Assembly (NCBI GenBank): GCA_051294375.1
Contig: CM119270.1
Span: 13,108,620 to 13,151,414, forward strand
Direction: 5' to 3'
Length of the DNA stretch: 42,795 nt
Source of the DNA: Paraspadella gotoi
Lineage: Eukaryota; Animalia; Chaetognatha
Shown: positions 26,269 through 37,762 of the stretch, piece after piece
Position numbering within the stretch: position 1 is the first letter of the stretch
Layout of the letters: the number at the start of each line of letters is the position of its first letter
The notes under the pieces: model-generated
Database searches by the model: none
What the model was told of the DNA's origin: nothing
The model's input: only the letters and a program-made list of their open reading frames with translations
Translations under genes and position numbers: made by a program

Positions 26269-27670
26269 GCAATCTCCAGAAATTCTTCTCAACGAGATCT
26301 TTATAGATTGTAATCACCAGAAATTTAGTACTGATGTAAAATATAATTATATATTTCTAATAAATAATAATGTAAGACGGGATTTAGTTGCCAGAAATAT
26401 TTTTGAAATTGGTTAAAAATGTAGAGATATTATATTTTCTTAAGGATTTTAAGTAACCTGCACATATACAACATTATATATTTACTCTTTGATCATGACA
26501 CATATTATATCCCTCATTACTATCTTTTGTCAAGTGTTAGGCATATAACAATCACTAAAATTATAGCCACTGGCGCTTAATTCAGAAACTTGTCTTTAAA
26601 AAGTTTTAGATGTACACAAGATAAATATCCTTTTATTTATCAAAAAGCATTATATAAAATACAATGTATCATATTCTAAATAAAGTAAGGAGTGGAGGTG
26701 GTCGAGCAAAAAATGGATAATTTCTATTAAAATTCAACTATCTCTCGTAAACTAAATTAATAAATAATTAATAAAAGAAGAATAAAAATACTGCAAAAAG
26801 TATATGATTTTTGGTGATCACAAAGTCTTCGCAGTCTAGTCTCACCAGCAAGATTTAAAAAAGTCATAAGAAATACTTCGTGAATCTTCAGTCCGGTCTA
26901 CTTTCGACGCCGATTTGGGACGCCGGTTTCGCGTCGTCGGCGTCATCGAAAAACTGTCGGCCCCGCCAATTTTCGGGATGGTCAATTCCGGCGCCATCTC
27001 TACCTCTGCTATGCAACCAACCTGGCGCCGCATCTGGCCGACCGGCGTCGGGTCAACGTCTTCCCGGAGCCGCTAATTCCTCGCGGCGGCGCTAAGCATT
27101 GACAGCGCCGACATATCCGGCGCCAAGGAAAGTTTAGCAGCCGCGAAAATCGCTCGTGGCGCCGCTAATTGTATCCTTAGCGCCGAAAACAATTGTTTTG
27201 TAGTTGAATTTCTTTTTCGGCGTCGCCGTGCATTGATAGCGCCGATAACTAGTCAATCTTCGGCGCTGTATTTCGCTGGCGCCGCAAAGAGTCTCAGTGA
27301 AACTTTAAACGCTGAAAAATCACGTGAAACAAAAGTAAACACTGAGAAAACTCGGAAACGGACTGACGCTTCACGACGCGATTGAGTCGAGAATATAAAA
27401 ATCAATGTCTTCCTTTTCTTGCGCTGTGATTTGACAAAAAACAAGCAAAAGACAACTGTGAAAAAAAAAATCAACTGAATCTTTTCGGGGATTGCTTGTC
27501 AACGTACGGGAACCGCCGTCAATTGCCACCTTAATGTGCTAAATCTATCAGAAAGAATAAAAAAAGGCATACGAAAGTGTTTTTTCTAATCTGACTGAAT
27601 CCATGATCAACTTCCAACGGATTTCTTTCCACAGGGTTACTCCGTCAAGATTTGCAGGTAATCTTTATAT

Positions 27671-28028
27671 AGATTTTTTTTTTGGATTTGCCGTTGTCAT
27701 TTGAAATCTTACGGAATCGGAATAAATGTTCTAGGTAGATTTATTTATTGGCGGTGTGCATCTGGGCAATGCCCGCTACTCGTTCCCATTTTGAATTACA
27801 GAATCTTTCGAACTCTGAAAGTTATCACACGGATTTTTGAGGCCGATTCCAGCCGAAGATCTTCGACGCGTTTTGTGAACCAAGGAGCAGCAACTGAGTG
27901 CATCTTTTAATTAATTTATCTTTGAGGTAGGTAAACCATTACGTGAGAGATTGAAAAAGATTTTGTTAGGTTTGACTATGGTTTACGCTTAATCAATAAT
28001 ATTTATTATACCAATTTACCGATCCATG
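27671..28028 (+). repeat. ~360-bp direct repeat, copy 1
   Basis: 27671-27765 matches ~28991-29090 and 27927-28028 matches 29426-29527. Confidence 0.92.
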
Positions 28029-28990
28029 CCTTCGAACGGTTTCTTTAAAATCAAACGGCTGTATGATTTATGACTATCAAACATTGCAAGATTAGAAATC
28101 GAAGTCAAAAATCATTTTAATAAATTTTTATTAAATATTTATTAATGTTAATGTAAATAATTAATGTTTAATTTTAATTAATTTAATTAATTTTTCGATA
28201 ACCTCTATGATCAAGAGATGTATGTAAATATTTAATATTATGATTTATTGGGGCCTCGAATAAACTAACACATTTAATTTAACTGCGAAGCGTAATGTCA
28301 AACCTTATTCCTATTTTTCAGACAAGTGACCATCTCAACAAGCAAACTGACGATCCAACATCAAGTCACGCAAGACTCCGCCATCTGTTGTTCCACGTGA
28401 GTACTGAGTCAAACAAGAGACTATCGTTTATTTTTAAATTTTTTTTTAAAAACAAAATTCCAGTACTGCTTAACAAGCTATACTCGTCGTCGTACGACAT
28501 TACGAGTACAGTATTTAACCCTTTAAATCCTTACCTATAAAGTCGTTGATACAAAATTATTAAATAATTATCAATATTGTCCCCATTGACTGAAACCACT
28601 ATTGTGTCGTTCGTGTGAAGATAAATGTACTTTATAACAAGCAATATTTAACTCACCCCACCGACACACATTGTAAAAAAAAAGATATTGCACTGACCCT
28701 AATCCAAAAAAAAAAAAAAAAATTGTATCGAGACTTAGTTTGTTATTTTTTTTCATACAATCATTTTTGTTGTAAAATTTTTTTGAAATTCTCGATCTAT
28801 GGTTTTCTTCAAGCGGGTGCGGTTGTATTTGTTTTCAAACAAAGAAATTGGATTACTCTTCGGGGTTCATAAAATTTTCTTCAACAAGAGTTTTCATTAT
28901 ATGTATATTTTATTTTCCCGCGATTCCATTTCATTGATGTTTTGGTACATTTTTTTTTCTCTCTTNNNNNNNNNNCTGTCTCTTCAATAT

Positions 28991-29527
28991 AGAATATTTT
29001 TTTTTGGATTTGCCGTTGTTGTCATTTGAAATCTTACGGAATCGGAATAGATGTTCTAGGTAGATTTATTTATTGGCGGTGTGCATCTGGNNNNNNNNNN
29101 NNNNNNNNNNNNNNNNNNNNNNNNNNNNNNNNNNNNNNNNNNNNNNNNNNNNNNNNNNNNNNNNNNNNNNNNNNNNNNNNNNNNNNNNNNNNNNNNNNNN
29201 NNNNNNNNNNNNNNNNNNNNNNNNNNNNNNNNNNNNNNNNNNNNNNNNNNNNNNNNNNNNNNNNNNNNNNNNNNNNNNNNNNNNNNNNNNNNNNNNNNNN
29301 NNNNNNNNNNNNNNNNNNNNNNNNNNNNNNNNNNNNNNNNNNNNNNNNNNNNNNNNNNNNNNNNNNNNNNNNNNNNNNNNNNNNNNNNNNNNNNNNNNNN
29401 NNNNNNNNNNNNNNNNNNNNNNNNNGTAGGTAAACCATTACGTGAGAGATTGAAAAAGATTTTGTTAGGTTTGACTATGGTTTACGCTTAATCAATAATA
29501 TTTATTATACCAATTTACCGATCCATG
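28991..29527 (+). repeat. Direct repeat, copy 2 (middle replaced by an N-gap)
   Basis: Both gap flanks match copy 1 almost perfectly. Confidence 0.92.
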
Positions 29528-31017
29528 ACTAACCTTTGAAGGAACTCCGAAGCTTCGCCGATCGACGAGACGGCGGCATCTTAGACGCGGGTAATACTAA
29601 CCTAGACATGAGTACTGGGCGGGATCGGTAGCGGGTATAAGTGAGGAAGGGCGCCCGTCTGAGAGGTCGGACAATCGAACAAAGTCCACGCTCAACGGCA
29701 GGGCGGGCCAGGGAAGATGAGAAAGGGAGAGAAGGGAAGGCATGGGCGAGGAGAAGGGGAGGAGGATTATTCAACGGAAGAGGAGGAGAAGAGGAGGGAG
29801 GAAGAGCGCTGCGGTACTGAGATGGATCGGAACTTTGGGCTGGGAAAAGATCGGCCGTGCAGGAGGAACTTCCATTCGCCGGAACCCAGAGGTTGGCCTC
29901 CGGGCAGGTGAGACATACTTCTTTTTTTTTTTTGGTTTATTAGCGGTCAAGTACGTGAAGAGATGGGGATGTGCATGTGAGAGAGAGAAGAGAGGAGAGA
30001 GGCCAGTCGGTAGAGGTCGGCATGAGGTAGGTGGTGTGGCAGGACGGGTCGGGGATCACGTCGGGTCGAGAGGTGGGGGGGAGGGGGAGGAAAGCGATGC
30101 GGTGGTGCGACAAGCGTGAGGCGGGGTAAAAGTCGAGGCATAGACGCGGACGCGGAGAGAAGAGAGGAAGAGGAGGAGATGTGACGAGCAGAAACGAGAG
30201 ACGAGAAGGCGAGAGATGACCGGCGAGAGAGAGAGGCGATGGGTGGAAGCGAGGGAGGAAGAGGGAGGAAGTTTGGGAGAGAAGGAGGCGAATTTCGAAG
30301 GCAGAGTAGACATTCCGGAAGAGGAGAGGACAAGGGAAAGAGGGAAGGGTGGTACCAACGAGCATCAAGTGAACATGCGGAGATCGCCGGGAGAATGGAA
30401 AAGTGATATGATAGTGAGAGTGGGCTTGTTGGAATGAAATTGGTAGAAGCCCCGGGAGGGTAGATGCCATATTTCGTGGTTGGGGCTTGTGTGGAGAGTA
30501 CAGGGGGCAGTGCGCGGGCGCTGGTGGAAGAGGGACGCGGGGGGGGTGGAGGGTTGGAGGAAGGATTGGTACGAATGTTCTACGAAGCAAAAGTGAGTTA
30601 GTGGATGAGAGAGAGAAGTAGGGAGCAGACGGGCGAAGGTCGTCGGGATGACGAAGTTTTTTTTGGTATTGTTTCGTGTGGTGTGAGGGTGCGGGTGCAG
30701 AGTGATCTGATGGTTTTACAACTGGGGCGGTGCGGCGTGTGTGTGGGGCGGGTGGTGGGTGTAGGACTGATTGGCTGTGTAGGAGGAGTACAGGTGTTCT
30801 ATTCACGACGGCAGAGCGGACACGAAGTAGTGGGGTCAGTCACATGAGATATTGAGCGGTAGAGTTATGCTTGGAATGTTTGGGCATGCGAGACGGACTT
30901 GTAGTAGGCGCGGGTTAAGGGGATTTAAGAGGGTAGTACTGTCAGCTTCGTAATGTCGTTGACGAGACGACGAGTATAGCTGTGTTTAAGCTACTGGAAT
31001 TTGTGTTTTGTAAAAAC
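29528..31017 (-). repeat. Inverted, highly noisy (G-insertion-rich) copy of ~28440-29090
   Basis: The reverse complement of ~30945-31017 (acaaattccagtagcttaaacacagctatactcgtcgtctcgtcaacgacattacga) matches 28450-28505 (acaaaattccagtactgcttaacaagctatactcgtcgtcgtacgacattacga). Collinearity continues at 30330-30540 versus 28965-28800. Confidence 0.85.
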
Positions 31018-33545
31018 AGGGATTAATCTCCCGCGGCNNNNNNNNNNNNNNNNNNNNNNNNNNNNNNNNNNNNNNNNNNNNNNNNNNNNNNNNNNNNNNN
31101 NNNNNNNNNNNNNNNNNNNNNNNNNNNNNNNNNNNNNNNNNNNNNNNNNNNNNNNNNNNNNNNNNNNNNNNNNNNNNNNNNNNNNNNNNNNNNNNNNNNN
31201 NNNNNNNNNNNNNNNNNNNNNNNNNNNNNNNNNNNNNNNNNNNNNNNNNNNNNNNNNNNNNNNNNNNNNNNNNNNNNNNNNNNNNNNNNNNNNNNNNNNN
31301 NNNNNNNNNNNNNNNNNNNNNNNNNNNNNNNNNNNNNNNNNNNNNNNNNNNNNNNNNNNNNNNNNNNNNNNNNNNNNNNNNNNNNNNNNNNNNNNNNNNN
31401 NNNNNNNNNNNNNNNNNNNNNNNNNNNNNNNNNNNNNNNNNNNNNNNNNNNNNNNNNNNNNNNNNNNNNNNNNNNNNNNNNNNNNNNNNNNNNNNNNNNN
31501 NNNNNNNNNNNNNNNNNNNNNNNNNNNNNNNNNNNNNNNNNNNNNNNNNNNNNNNNNNNNNNNNNNNNNNNNNNNNNNNNNNNNNNNNNNNNNNNNNNNN
31601 NNNNNNNNNNNNNNNNNNNNNNNNNNNNNNNNNNNNNNNNNNNNNNNNNNNNNNNNNNNNNNNNNNNNNNNNNNNNNNNNNNNNNNNNNNNNNNNNNNNN
31701 NNNNNNNNNNNNNNNNNNNNNNNNNNNNNNNNNNNNNNNNNNNNNNNNNNNNNNNNNNNNNNNNNNNNNNNNNNNNNNNNNNNNNNNNNNNNNNNNNNNN
31801 NNNNNNNNNNNNNNNNNNNNNNNNNNNNNNNNNNNNNNNNNNNNNNNNNNNNNNNNNNNNNNNNNNNNNNNNNNNNNNNNNNNNNNNNNTTTAATATCGA
31901 TCGAAAAAAAAAAGAACAAGAGTAGGACAAATTTAGATTTAAAAAGAAACAAAAGGACAATGGATCGACCGTCTTTCTTTCCTTTTTTTTTCCTTATTTC
32001 GTCTGTATACGAGGTTCGAGAAAAAAAATCGTCGCAAAGTATTTTAAAACGATTTATTTATTTATTTACTTTTTTTTTTATTTATATTTGTTCAAATTTA
32101 AATCGGCAAAGTTGTGTTTCAGACGTTGATATAAGTTAGGGAATGTAAATATTCATTGAAGGGTTCTTTTTTAATCCGAATATAATTGGGTTAAAAAAGT
32201 TGGTGTGATCTCATAAAGAATAAATAATAAATAATAATAAAGAATAACTAATACTGCGCGACTTTTTTTTTGGAGGAACCTACTCGTTTTTTGTTTTTTA
32301 ACCAAAGTCAAAATCCGCGATAGTGGCTGACATGAGCGCAAGCGAACATAACCAAGCGAATGACAATAAAAGTGTCGAATGATCACAGTTAAAAGTATCG
32401 AATGATCCCAATTTACTCTTTTTGTGAATCGTTTTTAACTCTTCTCGACCCACTTTCCTCCCCACCCTCAAAAAACAAAAATCCTCTCCCGGTTCCACTC
32501 TTTTCCTTTTTCTCGCTCAATGTCCTACCATTTATGACTTATCATTATCTTTGGCCGCGTAGTCGATATTTTGCCCAAATTAGACTCTCTCTCTCTCCGT
32601 CTAACGCTGCGTTAGAAAAAAAAATTATCGCATGTGGTAAAATTATATTTTAAAGTCATAATTTTTTTTAAAAATTTTCTTACCTCCGCTCGAAAAAATG
32701 AACGTTTATAGTTTTGAGGCCTGTTTGGGTATGGTATTATTATTTATTTTTCTTTAGTTTATAATACGTTCCCCATCCCAAACAAGAGTAATAACGTTAG
32801 TTGTTTGAATTTTAACGACACATATTATCATCATATTTATATCTATAATATAAAGTAACATTTTGAAATTTTCATGACTGATGAAGACACAAAGAATATC
32901 AATTAAGACTGCATCAACAAATTTTTTAGAAATATCTAAATGTGGTTTTAGAATATATAAACTATAAAGCTACTCATGCTTTATTTTTGTTGGTACATCT
33001 AACAAAAATCTTCATTGAACACAATCAATTTATCTTCATCAAAATGAGCCTTAAAAAATGAACGTTAATTTTGTACGATGGAATACTTACTTTAAATAGT
33101 AGTTTTTAAATAGCCTCCTATTTACTATCTTTTTCCCCATCCATCACACACTCCGACTATTTCGTCATTAAATTAAAAAGTTTTGTATGTCACAAAAAAA
33201 TGGCCACAGCACAAACGAGCTCGGAGTAAAAAAATCTAAACTCGTGCAACGAAATAATCTATAACAATTATGGTCTTTTTATTAATGAATTCCGCGGTAA
33301 AATCCGATTACTTGCATTGGCGCCATTAAAAAGTATTTTATATTTATAACGATTAAAATTATAAAAAACGACCGCATCGGAAAAAAACCTGCATGCATCA
33401 TTGATTGAAAACCTTGGTATTATCGCCACACACCGACTTCTCCTTTTTTTCTCCTTTCCTTATTATTCTTTCTCTGTAACTTAATCTCTAAACGTTTTCT
33501 CATCTTCTTTTTTACTTGAATAATTCACTACCTTCCTTTGCTTCC

Positions 33546-33827
33546 TTTTTATAGTTGCGCGCGCGAGTACTCGCGGAGCAACTCTATAAGTTCACTTTTC
33601 GGTCGATCGGTCCGTCGGAATGTCTGTCTCCGGTCTGTCTCACTTACGTTAAAACGCTTATAACTTGCCTATAGTTTGTTGCTCATTTGTTAAAAAATCA
33701 AATCTACAGCGACTACTGCGCCGGCCTTTTGTTTTTAAAGAAATCTTATAAACTTTATAAGTAAAATAACTTATAAGTAAAAAGACAAGTAATGCGGCGC
33801 AACACCTTGGAATAACCGTTCCTTGTT
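33546..33827 (+). mobile_element. Non-autonomous Helentron/HINE (DINE-1-like) element, copy 1
   Basis: T-run, then 5' hairpin AGTTGCGC...GCAACTCTATAAG, a degenerate GTCY tetranucleotide tract, 3' inverted GCGCAAC, stem-loop GGAA-taaccg-TTCC and terminal TTGTT. Related copy at 40952. Confidence 0.65.
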
Positions 33828-34852
33828 ACTTTCTTTTTTTTCTCCCTTCCTTCTTTCCTTAAATTTTCCTTTTTTATTTTTTTCTTATCTTCCTTTGTCA
33901 TTCCCTTTATTCACTTCAACTTTTCCACACTTTCCAGTTTCAGTTTCCATCAGTTTTCCAGTTTCCATCCTTCCTTTCTTCATTTTTTCTTTTTTCTCAC
34001 ACTTAATTTTTCTCAACTCTATTTACTTTTCATGCGTTCTTTTCTCTTCTTTTCTCTTCTTTTCTCTTTTTTTCTCTTCTTTTCTCTTTTTCTTCTTTTA
34101 TTTTTTTGGGTTTTTGTTATTTTTCTTCCTCTTCACCCTTTCTCATCTTCTCCTTTTCCACTTCCCTGTCCCTTCCTCCTTTTTACCCTTTCCATTTCTC
34201 TTTCTCCCATGACTTCCATAAACCTATCCTCCCCCAATTTCAACTCCCTTTCCCCCCCCCGATTCCCTCACTCACGCACAATTTCCAGTTCACGTGACCC
34301 GGCATGTTCGTCTCAATATTCTGTATCATACGTATTTCAAGTCGCGAACCTAAACACCATATATAATCATCCTTTTTTTTCATTTCAGGTTTACATTACG
34401 TAATGGCAATATTAGTTTTTCGAACGTATTAAATATTCAATTGGATGGTATTTTTTTTATTTATAATGAAAATATATACGATGCAATTCGAAGGTGAATC
34501 GAGAATTTTTTTTTTTTTAAATATTTTTTGCCAGATTTATGCCACAACGAAAATATGTTTCCAAAACTTGTTTCAGTCTAAACCAAGAGCTAAAAATGTT
34601 CTCTCGGGCGAAAACGCAAAAAACAGTGAAGAAAAGTAAAAGAGAGAGAGAGAAAAAAAAGAAAGTTAAAAGATAAAAAGATAGAAAGATAGAGAGAAAT
34701 GAAGAAGGAGAGAAATAAGAAAAGAGAGAAATGGAGAGGAAAGAGAGAAAGACAAGAAGAGAAAGACAAAAAAAGAAAGAGTAAAAGAAATAATAAATAA
34801 AGAAATAAAGAAACTAGGAAATACTCTTGCTATGTCATTATCAAGTAAGAGT

Positions 34853-34947
34853 GATGAAGGCCTTAAACCACCAAAGCCTGTCCAAAGTCAGGGGCAAGAT
34901 AGCTTATTTATTAAATGAATGGATAATTTTCATATTGGTTGTACCAA
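34853..34947 (+). repeat. ~90-bp dispersed repeat, copy 1 (in the Barx 3' UTR region)
   Basis: gatg..ggcctt..ac.acca.agc.tgtccaaagtcagg...agatagc.ta...tggttgtaccaa is shared with 38447-38530. Confidence 0.8.
34907..34912 (-). promoter_or_regulatory. Candidate polyadenylation signal AATAAA for Barx
   Basis: TTTATT on the + strand about 50 nt past the stop codon; the motif is common in AT-rich DNA. Confidence 0.3.
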
Positions 34948-34961
34948 TTTCATAATATTAT

Positions 34962-35429
34962 TCAACACACTTCGATGCATCCTTCTGAATCTGAAGAGAA
35001 AACTTCGTCGTCTTCATCGTCGTCATCGTTGTCGTCGTCGTCATCAATAAAGTTATGCTTGTCAACCGGAGGCCGATTCGATGACGATGTCGACGACGAC
35101 GACGACGATGACGACGAGGAAGGCGACTTTTTCGAACAAAAGAATCCGCACTTTTTAAAATTCCCGCCATCTTTCTCGTTGTTTTGAAGTGTTTTTGACG
35201 TCGTCGTCGTCGTCGTCGTCGTCGCCATCGTCATCGCTTGTATGGCGCCCAATGGCGGAATTGAATTTTTCTTGGGTCTCCCTTTGGGCTTGGTCGGGGC
35301 GCGCCCACCTCCTTCGAGCAAAACCTGACGCTTCCACTTCATGCGCCGGTTCTGGTACCAGGTCTTGACTTGAATCTGATTTAGACCCAGAGTCTTGGCC
35401 ACTTTTTGACGATCAGGGGTGGAGAGGTA
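34962..35429 (-). CDS. Barx: Barx homeobox transcription factor, coding exon 2 (homeodomain residues 25-60, Barx basic region, Ser/Thr- and Asp-rich tail)
   Basis: Acceptor ctttccctcAG|TAC gives [58 protein letters not shown] in frame with exon 1. T47/Y49 (VKTWYQNRR) is Bar-class. RRSRTVFTE, RRMKWK and [14 protein letters not shown] match vertebrate BARX1/2 rather than Barhl. TGA stop at 34964-34962. Confidence 0.95.
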   Translation of the reverse strand, partial: YLSTPDRQKVAKTLGLNQIQVKTWYQNRRMKWKRQVLLEGGGRAPTKPKGRPKKNSIPPLGAIQAMTMATTTTTTTTSKTLQNNEKDGGNFKKCGFFCSKKSPSSSSSSSSSSTSSSNRPPVDKHNFIDDDDDNDDDDEDDEVFSSDSEGCIEVC

Positions 35430-35679
35430 CTGAGGGAAAGGGGGTTGGGGAAAAGGGAAAGTAATGGTAAGTTCTGTCGAGTAAATCCTACGATTATCTT
35501 TCTGTCATTGTTACTATTATCATTAACGTTTCATTTTGTGTCACAGATTCTAAAATCTAATCAAAAACCAATATTAAATGCTAAATATGTTAAGTTTTTA
35601 ACATTTTTCGAAGAAAAAAAATATTAAAGCAAAAAATGATGACAAGAATGAGGACGGTTTGACGGAGAAAGACATTCAC
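35430..35679 (-). other. 250-bp phase-0 GT-AG intron splitting the Barx homeobox between residues 24 and 25
   Basis: GTGAAT donor and pyrimidine tract plus CAG acceptor; removing it restores an intact 60-aa homeodomain (KQK|YLS). Confidence 0.93.
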
Positions 35680-36762
35680 CTTTTGTTTCTCAAAGTGAAT
35701 TTCGAGATTTTTGATTTGCGCTTCCGTGAAGACGGTTCGAGATCTTCGACACTTTCGTCCGGGGAAGATTCCCGCCGCCGCCGCCGCCGCCACAGAAGGA
35801 AAGAAAACTCTGCCGCCGCTGTCGACGCCGCTGACTCCGCAGCCGACGCCGCCGGTGATCCCGCTGTCCTCACGAAGGAGACTTCCTCCGTAGGGGAACA
35901 TTGACGAACCCGTGGATCCTTTCGCTGACCCGTCGGCCTCGAAGACGCCCCCGACGCCGCCGAAGCTGGCAACGCCGTTTCCGACTCCAAAGTTTCTCAA
36001 AAGCTCAAATCCGGCGCCGAGAAGGAAGGAATACGGCGCCGTCTGTCGGTGCTGGCTCGACCAATCGATGGAGTCGGCGGAAAACGGCGCCCTTGTCTCC
36101 GGAAACCCATTAAAAGCGACGCGGGGCGAAGAGACGGCGCCGGTGAATGGGGAAAGAGCTTCGGGATCTTTTCCAGCTCCGACGTTTTCGGTGGCGCCCT
36201 GGAAAGTCCGGCGCCGAAGCATGTCGAAGATCGAGGAAGACGAAGCGACGCCGCGCGATCTGAAGGGATTTTTGACGTCATCGGCGGCATCCACGTTGAA
36301 GACTCGTTCCACCGAATCCTCCCTTCCAACGTCGGCGTCTCTTATCTCTTTTTCGACGCCGCCAAAGAACGCCGCCGTCTGCAGCGCATCTCCACGCCCC
36401 CGAATCTTTTCATTTCTCGTGACGTCGTCAAAAATGACGCCTGATTCGAGAACGCCGGGACCCTCGAACGACGCCGGGCTGAAAAAATCTTGCGGCGTCG
36501 TCTCGTGTCGGAGCCATTTGTGGTGACGGAATCCCGGCGGCCGAAACGACGGTTTGACGTCGTCGTCGTCATCGTCGTCGGCGACTTTAGATCGAAGTGA
36601 AAAATTGGCTCGATTAGCGGCGGCGACGGCGTCGGAACCAGAGACGGCGACGGTGGCGCCGCTCGTGACGGAAATGCCTCGATTTGCGGCGATGACGGAA
36701 GGCGTCGTCGTCTCTTCAGCTTCGCCAGAAAAGAAGAAGGAAGATTTGGTCGGAAAAAGCAT
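35680..36762 (-). CDS. Barx: Barx homeobox transcription factor, coding exon 1 (N-terminal region plus homeodomain residues 1-24)
   Basis: Long open frame (ORF 35590..36858) ending in CRRSRTVFTEAQIKNLEIHFEKQK, then donor AAG|GTGAAT at 35680/35679. 36762 is the first in-frame ATG; the track's start at 36858 is GTG. The true start or an upstream exon is uncertain. Confidence 0.88.
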
Positions 36763-37730
36763 TGCGTTGAGATCAATGGCGACTCTGCTCTCAGCACTCG
36801 GTACTACAGGGTCTGTGGTGCCGCTTGGATTCCGCCGCAGATTCCAAAGGTCGTTCACTCGATGCTTCCTTTTTTTTTTTCGAGGATGTCAAAAGTTTGA
36901 AATATTCTTTTTATTCCCTAAGTTTTAATTTTCAAATCGGTTCACATTGCTATTTGATCGGGGCCACTGGTTTTTTTTTCGATTTCGTTGTCGTCTATGA
37001 ACTTTTTTTTTTCTCGTTCAAAGTTCAAGAAGGAATTGACTTCGTTGCTTCGGTTTTTATTTCGGCGGCCGATTTATACCGTTCGTCGTCGTCTTGGTCG
37101 TCGTCTTCATTTTCGGCGATGAAGACTTCATCTTCTTCGTCTTCTTCTCAATCAGTATTCTTCTTCTTTTCCTTTTCTTCTTCTTTAATCTTCTTCTTCT
37201 ACTTAATCTTCTTCCTCGTCTTTCTTTTTTCTTCTTCTTCATCTTCTCTCCTGCCGATTGAGAATCGCTTTATTCTTTCGTCGACTTCCCCCCCCCCCAA
37301 AATATTTTTTCCCGCTCCTCCTCTTCCTCTTCTCCGCCTCATCCCCCCCCTCCGCACTCAAAGACCCGCGGCGGCGTAAATATCGCTTCCTCCTCTCATC
37401 TTCCTCCTCTTCCTCCTCCTGACTTTTCGGCGCCTCCCCCGTCACCGTCCGACTTGTCCAGCGTCCACTCGCTCTGTTTCCCAATCACTCCGCTCCGCCA
37501 TTCTCCCACCACTTCCCCCAATCTTCCGTCCCCTCCCCCCAACCTGCCGTCCCCACCCCGTCCCCTTCTCGTCATCAAATTTCAATAAGCCGTCGATTAA
37601 GTCAACACTGATCTCCACTTTAAAAGGAATCACATTTTGTGAGAACAACATTCGGCGTGAATCATCCACGATTCTTGTCTCGGAACTTTTTTTTTCCTGT
37701 GAAAGATTTAACTGATCTCAGTGAAGATCT

Positions 37731-37762
37731 TGGGTGAATGGGTGAATGGGTGAATGGGTGAA
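37731..37762. repeat. 8-bp tandem repeat (TGGGTGAA)x4
   Basis: Four units read directly. Confidence 0.9.

Noticed and set aside
27671-29527. LTR retrotransposon
   Set aside because: No TG...CA termini, PBS, PPT or gag/pol remnants; the second copy is gap-associated.
29940-30806. 288-aa minus-strand ORF and overlapping ORFs
   Set aside because: They lie in the noisy inverted copy; the C-rich strand bias removes stop codons, and no domain is recognisable.
30986-31960. Long ORFs spanning N-runs (also 183-655, 18736-19767, 29026-29491, 39487-40215)
   Set aside because: Open only because Ns translate as X.
32878-32930. Hammerhead ribozyme suggested by CTGATGA
   Set aside because: No stem II followed by GAAA, and no flanking helices are evident.
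35912-36526. 204-aa antisense ORF and other overlapping ORFs within Barx exon 1
   Set aside because: Shadow frames of GC-rich coding sequence.
36763-36858. Barx start at 36858 as given in the ORF track
   Set aside because: That codon is GTG; the first in-frame ATG is at 36762.
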